Part shown: positions 1-9,249 of the stretch, piece by piece
Layout of the letters: each line of letters starts with the position of its first letter
Position numbering within the stretch: position 1 is the first letter of the stretch
Source: Candidatus Zhuqueibacterota bacterium
GTDB taxonomy: Bacteria > Zhuqueibacterota > Zhuqueibacteria > Thermofontimicrobiales > Thermofontimicrobiaceae
Assembly: GCA_049322915.1 (NCBI GenBank)
Contig: JBMOPW010000016.1
Coordinates: forward strand, 39,971 to 103,970
Direction: 5' to 3'
DNA: 64,000 nt
Translations under genes and position numbers: made by a program
Notes under the pieces: generated by a model
Told to the model about the DNA's origin: nothing
The model's input: the letters and a program-made list of their open reading frames with translations, nothing else
Databases searched by the model: none

Positions 1-243
1 GCGCCGAAGTACATTCAGGACTGGATCAGTTGGGGCGCCGGCCCGCGGGCTTCCCAATACCTGATTCTCGGGGCAAAAACGCGCGCCATTCTGGATGGTC
101 GTTCCACGCCGGATGTCGAAGATGTCCGGGCGCTGGCAGTGCCTGTGCTGCGGCATCGGCTGGTCACCAATTTCAACGCGGAGGCCGATGGGGTCGGCAC
201 CGTGGATATCATCGAAAAATTACTGCGCGACGTGAAGGCGTAA
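1..243 (+). CDS. MoxR-family AAA+ ATPase, C-terminal part (5'-truncated by window edge)
   Basis: Frame 1 reads APKYIQDWISWGAGPRASQYLILGAKTRAILDGRSTPDVEDVRALAVPVLRHRLVTNFNAEADG...*. WGAGPRAS and VLRHR are MoxR lid motifs. A DUF58 gene follows, the usual pairing. Absent from the ORF track because no start codon lies in the window. Confidence 0.9.
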   Translation, partial: APKYIQDWISWGAGPRASQYLILGAKTRAILDGRSTPDVEDVRALAVPVLRHRLVTNFNAEADGVGTVDIIEKLLRDVKA

Positions 244-246
244 CCC

Positions 247-1158
247 ATGGCAGAGCAGGATAAAATCGATTACCGAAAATACCTCAAGCCAGAGGTGGTT
301 TCCCGGCTGAAAAATATGAATCTCCGCGCGAGACTGGTTGTCGAAGGCTTCATCACCGGCCTGCACCGCAGCCCGTATCACGGCTTCAGTGTGGAGTTTT
401 CCGAATACCGGCAATACATGCCCGGGGACGAAATCCGTCACATCGATTGGAAAGTCTATGGCAAGACCAATCGGTTTTACATCAAGCAGTTTGAAGAAGA
501 AACGAACCTGAAATCCTACCTGCTCCTGGACAGCTCCGGCTCGATGGGCTACAGCTCCCACAACGTGAGCAAACTCAGCTATGCTTCGTATGTTGCCGCG
601 GCGCTCACCTATTTGATGATCGAGCAGCGGGATGCTGTGGGCCTGGTGACATTTGCCGAGAAAATCAATACCTACCTGCCGCCACGATCCATCAAAAGCT
701 ACCTGCCCCAGATTTTGCGCGAACTGGAGCATATTCAATGCAGCAATACCACCGATGTCAGCGCGACGCTGCATGAAATCGCCGAACGCATTCATCGACG
801 GGGTTTGATCATCCTGCTGTCCGACCTGTTCGACGATCCGGATAAAGTCATCTCCGGGCTGAAGCATTTTCGGCACAAAGATCACGAGGTGATCGTTTTT
901 CATATTCTGGACCCCATGGAGATCCACTTCGATTTCAAACAAAATGCGGTGTTCAAAGATCTGGAGACAAGGGAGGAGATGACAACTCAGCCGTGGCACA
1001 TCAAACAGGAGTATCGAAAGAAGGTGCAGCAATTCATCGAAAACTACAAGCGCCAGTGCCGGCTCAACCGCATCGATTATGTCCTGTTAGACACATCGTG
1101 GGATTTCGATCGCGCGCTGATGGAATATTTGATCAAACGCAAGCGCATCGGCGGATAG
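247..1158 (+). CDS. DUF58 (vWA-like) protein
   Basis: GLHRSPYHGFSVEFSEYRQYMPGDEIRHIDWKVYGK, LLLDSSGSM, ILLSDLFD motifs; directly after moxR. Confidence 0.92.
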   Translation: MAEQDKIDYRKYLKPEVVSRLKNMNLRARLVVEGFITGLHRSPYHGFSVEFSEYRQYMPGDEIRHIDWKVYGKTNRFYIKQFEEETNLKSYLLLDSSGSMGYSSHNVSKLSYASYVAAALTYLMIEQRDAVGLVTFAEKINTYLPPRSIKSYLPQILRELEHIQCSNTTDVSATLHEIAERIHRRGLIILLSDLFDDPDKVISGLKHFRHKDHEVIVFHILDPMEIHFDFKQNAVFKDLETREEMTTQPWHIKQEYRKKVQQFIENYKRQCRLNRIDYVLLDTSWDFDRALMEYLIKRKRIGG

Positions 1159-1329
1159 GTTGAAGCCGGCCGTTGGTTCAGGCTACCGACGCGCCGGAGA
1201 ATCGCTGCTGCCGGAGTGAACTGAATCGGCCTGATAAACCGGGCTGCACATGAAATGTCCTGCATTGCACTGTTACATCCTTTCGGCGATAACCATTTTA
1301 AACGTAGCCACTATTGGTATGGTTGAAAT

Positions 1330-2895
1330 ATGAAAATTTTTCTTTTTTGGGTCATTGCCATCTCTCTCATTCTTGCCGTGTATTCCTGGATCATCTATCG
1401 CCGCTCACCAAAAGGGTTCAGATTTCAGGTGAAGCTGACCATCATCTTTTTTCTGCTGGTGCTCATTCCGGCGGTGCCATTGACCTATTTCGTCAGCGGT
1501 TTGCTCACCACCGGCGTCGAAATGCTGTTGCTCCCGGGGATTGAAAACTCGCTGTCGCAATCGCTGGAAGTGATTCGATTTCAGCTTGAAGAACGCGGAC
1601 ACAATTTTTTCAGAGCCAATCCGGCATTTCGTTCGTTGACCCGGGAATTTTTGACAATGCAAAGCATTGCCTACATCGCGGAACTGCCTGCGGACTCGTC
1701 GTTCCCGCCGGCAACAGTGCTTGGCCCTGGCGCGGAACTGATGAAAGGAAGCCCGCTACACAGAGCCGATATTCTCACCCTTGTCCGCCAGGGCGAAGTG
1801 ACCAGCAATCTGTTCACCGGCGAAACTGGAAATATTTGTGAGGTTTACCATGACCTGGGCGGGAACAACGTTGGCGTTGTGGCCTTTGCCGTCAGCGATC
1901 ATGTTCTCAGAGCGAAGGAGCAGATTTCCGAATCGCTGCGTATTTACAAATCGCTGTCGCTGATTAAAAAATCTGTGGTGGAAGCTCAAATCATCTGGGG
2001 ACTGGCCACTATTTTCATCATCATGTTGGCGTTGTCCGCAATCTACGCTGGCAAAATTCTATCGCGGGGAATCAGCGAGCCGATCAAAGAGCTGGTGGTT
2101 GGGATGCAGCGTGTGGCCAGCGGGGATTTGACCCGGCCGGTCGATGTGAAGGCGAAAGATGAACTGAAATTTTTAATCACCTCCTTCAATACAATGGCCA
2201 GGGACTTGCAGACGAGCCAGGAGAAATTGGTACAGGCGGAGCGGCTGGCAGCCTGGCAGGATGTGGCGCGCCGGGTGTCTCACGAAATCCGAAATGCGCT
2301 CACTCCGATTCAGTTGTCGTTGCACCGGCTGCAGACTCACTTGCAGGGCGAAGTTACGCAGCCGGTCGACTCGTCGATATCCGTCATTCAGGAAGAGGTG
2401 GAATCGCTGCGCCGGATTTCCGAAGAATTTTCGCAGTTTGCGCGCATGCCAAAAATTACCAGAGCGCCGGAAAATGTGAACGACATCGTCCGCAGCCTGG
2501 CCAATCTGATCGAGGCCGAACCGCATGCAATTTCACTGCGGTTGACTCTGGATGAAGCGGCGCCCGAGGTGAGCGTCGATCGCGATCAAATAAAACGCGC
2601 GCTGCACAATCTGGTGAAGAATAGCATCGACGCGAGCAGCATTGGCGGGGTGATTTTCATCGAGACAAAATCTGTGGCCGAAGAAAAATTTCGCGTGAAA
2701 ATCATCGTTCGGGATATGGGTAATGGTATACCGGCGGAAGATCTGGAAAAAATTTTCGAGCCTTATTTCACGACAAAGAAACGAGGGATGGGGCTTGGGC
2801 TTTCCATTGTGAAGCGCATCATCGAAGATCATGATGGGAAAATTGCCATTGAAAGCGCGTTGCATAAAGGAACCACCATCACCGTTCTGCTCTGA
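1330..2895 (+). CDS. Membrane sensor histidine kinase (HAMP-HisKA-HATPase, NtrY-like)
   Basis: N-terminal TMs, HAMP (PIKELVVGMQRVASGDL...DELKFLITSFNTM), H-box WQDVARRVSHEIRN, N-box NLVKNS, DMGNGI, FEPYFTTK, GMGLGL. Confidence 0.92.
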   Translation: MKIFLFWVIAISLILAVYSWIIYRRSPKGFRFQVKLTIIFFLLVLIPAVPLTYFVSGLLTTGVEMLLLPGIENSLSQSLEVIRFQLEERGHNFFRANPAFRSLTREFLTMQSIAYIAELPADSSFPPATVLGPGAELMKGSPLHRADILTLVRQGEVTSNLFTGETGNICEVYHDLGGNNVGVVAFAVSDHVLRAKEQISESLRIYKSLSLIKKSVVEAQIIWGLATIFIIMLALSAIYAGKILSRGISEPIKELVVGMQRVASGDLTRPVDVKAKDELKFLITSFNTMARDLQTSQEKLVQAERLAAWQDVARRVSHEIRNALTPIQLSLHRLQTHLQGEVTQPVDSSISVIQEEVESLRRISEEFSQFARMPKITRAPENVNDIVRSLANLIEAEPHAISLRLTLDEAAPEVSVDRDQIKRALHNLVKNSIDASSIGGVIFIETKSVAEEKFRVKIIVRDMGNGIPAEDLEKIFEPYFTTKKRGMGLGLSIVKRIIEDHDGKIAIESALHKGTTITVLL

Positions 2896-3152
2896 CAGCC
2901 TTCACCGGAACGCCTGCCGTATTTCAGCGAGCGGGCGTCCCCGGCGTTGACATTGCGGGCTCGAATCCTGTCTTTGAAGCGTCGGGCATCCCGGAAATCC
3001 ATGGGCTGCATGTCCCTTCTGCAATTTCTGCTTCGAAACACAGCACCAGTTGTTCCTGCAAAAGAGATAGCTCACAAAGATATCCGACACTGTTGTTTCA
3101 CCGTGGAACACGTGGCCCCATCTGAGACAAAACCCGATTTTCCGCAGCGGAA

Positions 3153-4439
3153 TTACTTTTTCTCTCCGGAACCGGAATAATATTGGACTTCATCCAGAAA
3201 TGCTCCCTGACAGGTTCGGTTATTGAACGTCAGAAAATAGAGCAGATCCAGATTGCTGACCGCTGTGCCAGTCCACGTGGCCTTTTCCGCTTTTAATTCG
3301 TGATCGACAAAAATGTTGTAGAATTGATTCTGACAATCGAATAGCAGTTCGACGAAATACCACTTATTCGAATCGATCGGACAGACAGTATGCCAATTCA
3401 GGTCGTCGCCGTAGTAGGCGATTGTACCATCGCGCAGGGACACCTGCGGCCCAAGTCGTTCTTCGACGGCTATTTCCGAGTATATCCTGAGTCCAAAAAC
3501 GTCCGAACCGGTGGAGGCCCACCAGTAAAATTGCAGTTTGCCGGCGACTCGCGCATCGAGACGCGTCGCCAAAAAACTGTTGCCTGCCAGCGTGGAGTCG
3601 GTGAACAGAACGCTATTACCGGCGTTGTTCCAGGCGATGGAATCAGAAACTACAATTTCGCAGGCGTCGCTTTTTAAAACCTGCCACGAAGCATTATCTG
3701 GATAGCCGCCAGCCGGAGCCGCATCAAAATTATCGGCAAACAGAAGCACCGCAGCTTCGGTGGTGAACTGCCACACGGGTCCGGTCGTGGATAACCCGTA
3801 ATTGTCTTTGGCCTCGATTTTCCAGTAATAGGTCGTTTCGAATTCGAGCAAGCCGATCACATAAAATGTGTCCGGATGGTCAGCAGCCAATAGCTCCATC
3901 GAGTCCGCGGCCTTGCCAAAATAGACATCGTATGTCACGATGCTGTAATCGTTGGGATCGCCACCGCGCCAGTGGAGCGATACGTTTTCAATCGGCAGCG
4001 ACGGTTCGCCGGCAGTCGGAGCAGGATTGGCCGGCGTACGCGGAGCGGCATTATCGCCGAAGCGGGTCTGAAACGTCCAGATGGGGCCGGCCGTTATCCG
4101 GCCTTTGGTATCTTTCGCCGTCACCTGCCAGGAGTAATGGGTGTTGTATTCGAGTTGCGCGTAATGAAACGCGGTGGTATCAAGGTTCGAAGCGATGACG
4201 ACCGTCGCCAGCGTGTCTTTTTGCAGACTGATATCGAATGTCAGCCGGTCGTCTTCATCCGGATCTCCGCATGTCCATTGGAAAGAAATATCGATTATGA
4301 TATCGGTTGTATCATTCGGAGGGAAAATATTCTTCGGCACACCTGGTGGCTGATTGTCTAAATCTGACGGTAACGGCTGGTGGCAGCCGGCAATTCCGAT
4401 GATCCATAACAGAGAGACAAATTTGACCAGCTTTCCCAT
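3153..4439 (-). CDS. Lipoprotein with two FN3-like repeats and a C-terminal beta-sandwich domain
   Basis: Lipobox IAGC. Two repeats of NxxPxxPxNxxP...W..GDP...YxWxxxAKD...GPxWxFxT. Start placed at ATG 4439 behind a GAGGTG RBS. Confidence 0.75.
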   Translation of the reverse strand: MGKLVKFVSLLWIIGIAGCHQPLPSDLDNQPPGVPKNIFPPNDTTDIIIDISFQWTCGDPDEDDRLTFDISLQKDTLATVVIASNLDTTAFHYAQLEYNTHYSWQVTAKDTKGRITAGPIWTFQTRFGDNAAPRTPANPAPTAGEPSLPIENVSLHWRGGDPNDYSIVTYDVYFGKAADSMELLAADHPDTFYVIGLLEFETTYYWKIEAKDNYGLSTTGPVWQFTTEAAVLLFADNFDAAPAGGYPDNASWQVLKSDACEIVVSDSIAWNNAGNSVLFTDSTLAGNSFLATRLDARVAGKLQFYWWASTGSDVFGLRIYSEIAVEERLGPQVSLRDGTIAYYGDDLNWHTVCPIDSNKWYFVELLFDCQNQFYNIFVDHELKAEKATWTGTAVSNLDLLYFLTFNNRTCQGAFLDEVQYYSGSGEKK

Positions 4440-4603
4440 CTTCACACCTCATTCCTGAATTGTTGGGGACAGATTGAACATCAGTGACAGAGTCATTCAA
4501 GGGATTACACAACGGGCATGTTGTATGAACATGTGCGATTTATTTACAGAAATTAATTCTTAAAATCAAGTGAATAAAAACAGATTACTTTTTTTTAATA
4601 AAA

Positions 4604-4637
4604 AAACCGGCCCTGGATAATATCCGTGGGCCGGTTT
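4604..4637 (-). terminator. Intrinsic terminator after the MinD/FlhG-like gene
   Basis: AAACCGGCCC...GGGCCGGTTT stem followed by a T-run on the minus strand. Confidence 0.75.
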
Positions 4638-4685
4638 CGTTTGTGCGATTTGATGCTGTGAACATCAAAACGAGGGGAGAGAATT

Positions 4686-5870
4686 TTATAAAGTTTTCAA
4701 AAAGCCAATATATTTCATTTTACAAGGGTACCCGCCCCGCTGTCGGGTGCAGTTATTCCACAACGTGCACTTTTGCGAGCAGATCAACATCTCCTGATCG
4801 TACGCCACCGTTCGGCTGGTACGCACACCACTCTTTCGATTGATCAAAGTGTCAGCAGCGAACTGACGCTGCGAATGAATGGCAATGAACTGTTCTGCCA
4901 TACGTTTGTAGAATGAAGAAATTTGTTCAATTTTTTCAAGCGACAGATCGCCGGACGAAGAATTCTTGAGATCAGGATAGAAATTCACGCTGCCCCAATA
5001 TTTCAATTGAATGCCGAATATTTCTTCAATGGCCATCTGGAAAGCGGCCGCTTCAAGAAGCTCGGATTTGTTGTATACCTTGTTGAGCAAAAATCCCGGC
5101 CTGAAATTCTGGAGAAGCTGCCCGGGCTGATGGTTGCTTTTATTCAGCCCGTTAATCAACGATTTCAGCGTCTCGCTTGTCACGTCGTCAAATTTTTCGT
5201 AGGCCTGATTGATTAAATTGATCAAACTCGGTTGGCCAGAGACGATGGATTCCAGCTTTTTCAACAGACAGCATTTGAAAAAATTGAAAGCCTCCTGCAT
5301 GGACGTTGGCTCTGGATTTGTAATAATGATTCCTTCATCCGCCTGCAGAAAGAGAATGACATCGCTCAAGTTCAAACCGGTGCCCAGGTCCAACACAACG
5401 TAATCGGCCTTTAGTTTCCTGATGGAACGAATTATACGGGACACGATAATATGCGAACTCTCACTGATGCCAAGCGTGCCCGGTGAACCGAAAATCACCT
5501 TCAGGTTGGGCAGGTCTGTCTTGAACGCCAGTTGATTGATATCTGCCTCCGGATTGAGGATGAGTTCTTTCAGGCTGAACGTGGGATTGTACATATTGAA
5601 ATAGGTGTTCAAACTAGGGCTGCCGAAATTGGTGTCGATCAGAATGACCGACTTCTTCTGCCTGGAAATTTGGTAGCTCAGGTTTGCTGCAAAAAATGTT
5701 TTTCCGACACCGCCTTTGCCGCTGCCAACCGCGATAATCTTCGGCGTTGCTGTTAGCGGGGGGAGCGGTTCCACAGGCCTCTTGGAAACGTCGGGTATTG
5801 TACTTTCAATGGGTATCTCAGCAGAAATGAAATGGCTCAGACTGCTCATAATAGCGCCCCTATCCCTCAT
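4686..5870 (-). CDS. MinD/FlhG(FleN)/ParA-family P-loop ATPase with C-terminal Cys4 motif
   Basis: Deviant Walker A GSGKGGVGKT, DYVVLDLGTG, TNPEPTS; C-terminal CSQKCTLWNNCTRQRGGYPC. Confidence 0.85.
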   Translation of the reverse strand: MRDRGAIMSSLSHFISAEIPIESTIPDVSKRPVEPLPPLTATPKIIAVGSGKGGVGKTFFAANLSYQISRQKKSVILIDTNFGSPSLNTYFNMYNPTFSLKELILNPEADINQLAFKTDLPNLKVIFGSPGTLGISESSHIIVSRIIRSIRKLKADYVVLDLGTGLNLSDVILFLQADEGIIITNPEPTSMQEAFNFFKCCLLKKLESIVSGQPSLINLINQAYEKFDDVTSETLKSLINGLNKSNHQPGQLLQNFRPGFLLNKVYNKSELLEAAAFQMAIEEIFGIQLKYWGSVNFYPDLKNSSSGDLSLEKIEQISSFYKRMAEQFIAIHSQRQFAADTLINRKSGVRTSRTVAYDQEMLICSQKCTLWNNCTRQRGGYPCKMKYIGFLKTL

Positions 5871-6125
5871 GAATTTCTATGAAATGGTAAGATGTTGTCT
5901 GGTGAAGGTCATGGAGGAAAAACTGAAACACAAACGGCAAAATTTACGCCAAAAAATATTAATTAAATGACATTTGTGGATTTTGAAGTTTATTAATATG
6001 TTACAATCGTCAGGCCAATTGTTGCGCCGGGATAACATTGTCTCAAAGTGGACAATTACAAATCATAGAATGCATTTTCAAAAAGTTAGGCTGCACTGAA
6101 TCACGCCATGATACCATTAATTGAC

Positions 6126-6154
6126 TTGCTAATCGCGTGGAAAGTGCGTATATT
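6126..6154 (+). promoter_or_regulatory. sigma70-type promoter
   Basis: TTGCTA-N17-TATATT upstream of the RNase HIII-like gene. Confidence 0.55.
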
Positions 6155-6341
6155 CAAAAAAATTTTTAAAACATTTTTGTGACATGTCAAAAATTTGATT
6201 TGTCGTCTGTTACCCTTCTGAAAATTGCTTCGGGATTCTCGAAGACAGCGACAGGTCGATTCATTCGAGTCAGGCAGTGAGTCGCGGAACTCATGAATTC
6301 ACATCCAGGCGATGGAATCGCATTACAAAATAGAGGTATCC

Positions 6342-7226
6342 ATGCCGAAAAATTTATTTCGCACCCGAATTTATCCTGACCAGGGAGCATCGCTCCGAAG
6401 CCTGCTCACCGCCCATGGCTATGAAGTGCGCGAAGTGGGGCATGCGCTTTGGCAGGCGAAAAAAGAGCGATCGTATGTCACGTTGTACCGCAATGGCGAA
6501 ATCATCGTGAGGGGGAAAAATTCAGATGGTCTCGCTGCGTGGTTTCAATTGCAGATGGCAGCACAGCCTGTTGAGCGTGAATACCCTGCAGATTTGCCCG
6601 AAACCTGGGTGGCGACGCAGATCTATGGTGAACAAAAGTATTGGGGACCATTGATTTCCGCGGCGATCCTCGTCGATGGACGGACTGAGAAAAAATTGAG
6701 TCGTATCGGCCTCCACCGATACGGAGCATCATCGGATCTGGATTTAACTGAACTCGCAAAGGTGATTCGAAAGACCTGTAAACATTCCAGCGCCGCCATT
6801 CGCCCCAATGAATATAATGAACTGTTTATCGAGTATCAAGATCAAGCGCCGATAGTCTCTCATGCAAATGCCCAGGTGATTAAAAATATCTACTTGAAGG
6901 AGAATTGTACGACGTTCATCGTGCCTGATGCAGGCGATGAAAATTTGCTCAGACAACTGACCGCTGATATACCCAATGCCAAATTGATTTTGCGGCTGCC
7001 GCATGAAGTCCGGCTGGCAATCGACGCCGCTCACATATTAGCAAAATGCAAGTACTATGAGTTTCTGGCGCATCTCGAAGAAAAATATGATACAACGTTT
7101 CCTGAAAATGTCTCACAGGGGAACGAAAGTTTTGTGAATCATTTTGTAGAAGTTCATGGAAATAGCGCTCTGAAGTACGCAGCAAAGTTGTATTTAGGCG
7201 CACGAAAGGATCATGACGTAAAATAG
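6342..7226 (+). CDS. RNase HIII-like protein with degenerate active site
   Basis: N-terminal TBP-like segment (VTLYRNGEIIVRGK), YWGPLISAAILVD, PNEYNELF, LAIDAAHILAK, YAAKLY. The catalytic GxDExG is replaced by ATQIYG. Start at ATG 6342 (GAGG RBS); 6312 is an alternative. Confidence 0.75.
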   Translation: MPKNLFRTRIYPDQGASLRSLLTAHGYEVREVGHALWQAKKERSYVTLYRNGEIIVRGKNSDGLAAWFQLQMAAQPVEREYPADLPETWVATQIYGEQKYWGPLISAAILVDGRTEKKLSRIGLHRYGASSDLDLTELAKVIRKTCKHSSAAIRPNEYNELFIEYQDQAPIVSHANAQVIKNIYLKENCTTFIVPDAGDENLLRQLTADIPNAKLILRLPHEVRLAIDAAHILAKCKYYEFLAHLEEKYDTTFPENVSQGNESFVNHFVEVHGNSALKYAAKLYLGARKDHDVK

Positions 7227-7320
7227 GCTCGCATGAATTTTGCTGAATGTCACATAAAACAAAAAATTGATTGACACTGGAAAAAACATCTTTACGAAAG
7301 AATGTTCTGAATGGGAGAGA

Positions 7321-7749
7321 TTAGCGGAATAAAGCTTTGATGCTGCCCCAGGTATAACGCGCACCTGAGATGGAAGGGGTTACCGCAACAATTTCTGAGT
7401 AGATAGTTTCAGTGTTGTCCACGTTGATGATTGTAAGACGGTAATAAAAGGTTCTATTCAGTTGGGTTTTAAAAACGGTCTTGTCTTCGAATTCGTAATC
7501 CTGGCGAGATGATGAGTTTCCTGTCGCCTTAACAAAACCGATCTTGGAAAATTCGTTTCTATCGAGGCTGCGATCGACTTGAAAGCCCTTGCAGTTGATT
7601 TCGCTCATGGTGGACCATCGGAGCGTAACCCGATTACTGCCGGGTTCGCCTCGAAAATCAATGATGACGGCTCCAGCCCATAACGCGAGGTTGAATAATG
7701 CGATGATTCCGATGGTGAGGAACAACGCTGCAAGTCGTTTTGTGTGCAT
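7321..7749 (-). CDS. Small secreted protein: signal peptide, FN3/Ig-like domain, C-terminal TWGSIKALFR tail
   Basis: Signal peptide ending ALWA; VTLRWSTMSEINCKGFQVDRS...GFVKATG...YEFEDK...YYRL domain; terminal TWGSIKALFR. Confidence 0.8.
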   Translation of the reverse strand: MHTKRLAALFLTIGIIALFNLALWAGAVIIDFRGEPGSNRVTLRWSTMSEINCKGFQVDRSLDRNEFSKIGFVKATGNSSSRQDYEFEDKTVFKTQLNRTFYYRLTIINVDNTETIYSEIVAVTPSISGARYTWGSIKALFR

Positions 7750-7788
7750 TCAACTGATCCCTTCAATATTTCAAATTATGACATCTAT

Positions 7789-7816
7789 AAGATAAATTTT
7801 TATTTATAAAAGTCAA
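7789..7816 (-). promoter_or_regulatory. sigma70-type promoter
   Basis: TTGACT-N16-TATCTT on the minus strand, ~40 nt upstream of the 7749 start. Confidence 0.5.
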
Positions 7817-8110
7817 GTTTTTTTTTATATTTTCATACAAATTTTTAAGTTGTGAATAACCTGGATGGAATACTTATCCAGCAATGCCTATATAATATGT
7901 CGACGGAACTTCAAATTTTCATAACAGATGCGGGAAATATTTTACTCAAGGAAAAGTCGTTGCCGTGCTTTTCATGTATTGCATGCCGGGATCGATGCGC
8001 AGAGAACTGGTCGCAATAGCCGGTCATTTCGACATGACTCCGAAAGAGCAACCACTCATCGTGAGGCAGGAGTCGGTTTGATTTTGTAAAAATAAAATAA
8101 TAATTTGATG

Positions 8111-8139
8111 TTGACAAAAAAAATAAATTTTAGTATATT
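8111..8139 (+). promoter_or_regulatory. sigma70-type promoter of the sigma factor gene
   Basis: TTGACA-N17-TATATT with an AT-rich upstream tract. Confidence 0.8.
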
Positions 8140-8183
8140 CAACGTCCTTTTAATTGATGTTCACACATTTGAAAGGGGGCTTC

Positions 8184-9041
8184 ATGGCCAAAACTCCCAA
8201 TCGAACTCAGAACAAATCCGAACACTCACTTGATCAGTATCTTCAGGAGATTGGTGAAGTTCACCTCCTTTCGCAGGAGGAAGAAATTGATTTAGCGAAA
8301 CGGATACGATTAGGTGATGAAGCCGCGTTAGAAAAATTGACAAAGGCAAATCTTCGATTTGTTGTCAGCGTTGCCAAGCAGTATCAGAGTCAGGGCTTGT
8401 CATTGGGAGATTTAATCAATGAAGGCAATCTTGGATTGATCAAAGCGGCTAATCGGTTCGATGAAACCAGGGGATTCAAATTCATTTCCTACGCAGTCTG
8501 GTGGATTCGGCAATCGATTTTACAGGCATTGGCGGAACAATCGCGGATCGTGCGCCTGCCGTTGAACCGGGTCGGCACGATGAATAGAATCGGAAAAGCG
8601 TTCAGCGCGCTGGAGCAGGAATTTGAACGCGAGCCCTCGCCGGTTGAAATCGCCCAGCAACTGGAAATCAGCGATTTTGAGGTGTCCGAAACGCTCCAAA
8701 AATCCGGCAAACACCTTTCATTGGATGCTCCCTTCAGCGAAGAGGAAGAAAATCGCCTGCTGGATATCATCGAAAATCAGGAACTCCCCTCGCCTGACAA
8801 CACCCTCATCAGCGAATCTCTGAAAATCGAATTGGATCGGGCGCTATCAACGCTCACTGCACGCGAGGCTGAAGTGGTGAAACTTTACTTCGGATTGGAT
8901 CAGGAAACTCCACTGACACTGGAGGAGATTGGCGAACGGTTCCAGTTGACCCGGGAGCGAGTGCGGCAGATTAAAGAGAAGGCGCTCCGTCGGTTACGGC
9001 ACGCGTCACGAAGCAAGCCCCTCCGCGGATTTTTAGGCTAA
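8184..9041 (+). CDS. RNA polymerase sigma factor, RpoD/SigA family (short, lacks region 1.1)
   Basis: [69 protein letters not shown]. Start at ATG 8184 behind an AAGGGGG RBS. Confidence 0.95.
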   Translation: MAKTPNRTQNKSEHSLDQYLQEIGEVHLLSQEEEIDLAKRIRLGDEAALEKLTKANLRFVVSVAKQYQSQGLSLGDLINEGNLGLIKAANRFDETRGFKFISYAVWWIRQSILQALAEQSRIVRLPLNRVGTMNRIGKAFSALEQEFEREPSPVEIAQQLEISDFEVSETLQKSGKHLSLDAPFSEEEENRLLDIIENQELPSPDNTLISESLKIELDRALSTLTAREAEVVKLYFGLDQETPLTLEEIGERFQLTRERVRQIKEKALRRLRHASRSKPLRGFLG

Positions 9042-9188
9042 GCGCTTTGATATCATTCCTACCTTTTTTCTTACTCATACTTCAACAACGGATGAATTAT
9101 TTTATCTGGATCAGTTTCCTGCACAGAACGCTACTTCGCTATTGTAAACAAATAACCAAAAATATTTTGTTGTAATTATACTTTTACC

Positions 9189-9217
9189 TTGATTTTACAT
9201 GATAAATGTTTTAAATT
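9189..9217 (+). promoter_or_regulatory. sigma70-type promoter
   Basis: TTGATT-N17-TAAATT upstream of the 9250 gene, which has a GAGGAG RBS. Confidence 0.5.
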
Positions 9218-9249
9218 ATTGACAGAATTTTTATAAACCGAGGAGCGGA

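Noticed and set aside
2956..2968. tRNA T-arm-like GCGGGCTCGAATCCTGT
   Set aside because: Lacks the invariant TTC, and no D-arm, anticodon arm or acceptor stem can be built.
3094..3110. parS-like sequence TGTTTCACCGTGGAACA
   Set aside because: One extra central base relative to the 16-bp parS palindrome breaks half-site spacing; single copy and no canonical parAB in the window.
8034..8074. GACTCC...GGAGTC stem upstream of the sigma promoter
   Set aside because: Short stem, lies upstream of the predicted promoter, and matches no known RNA motif.
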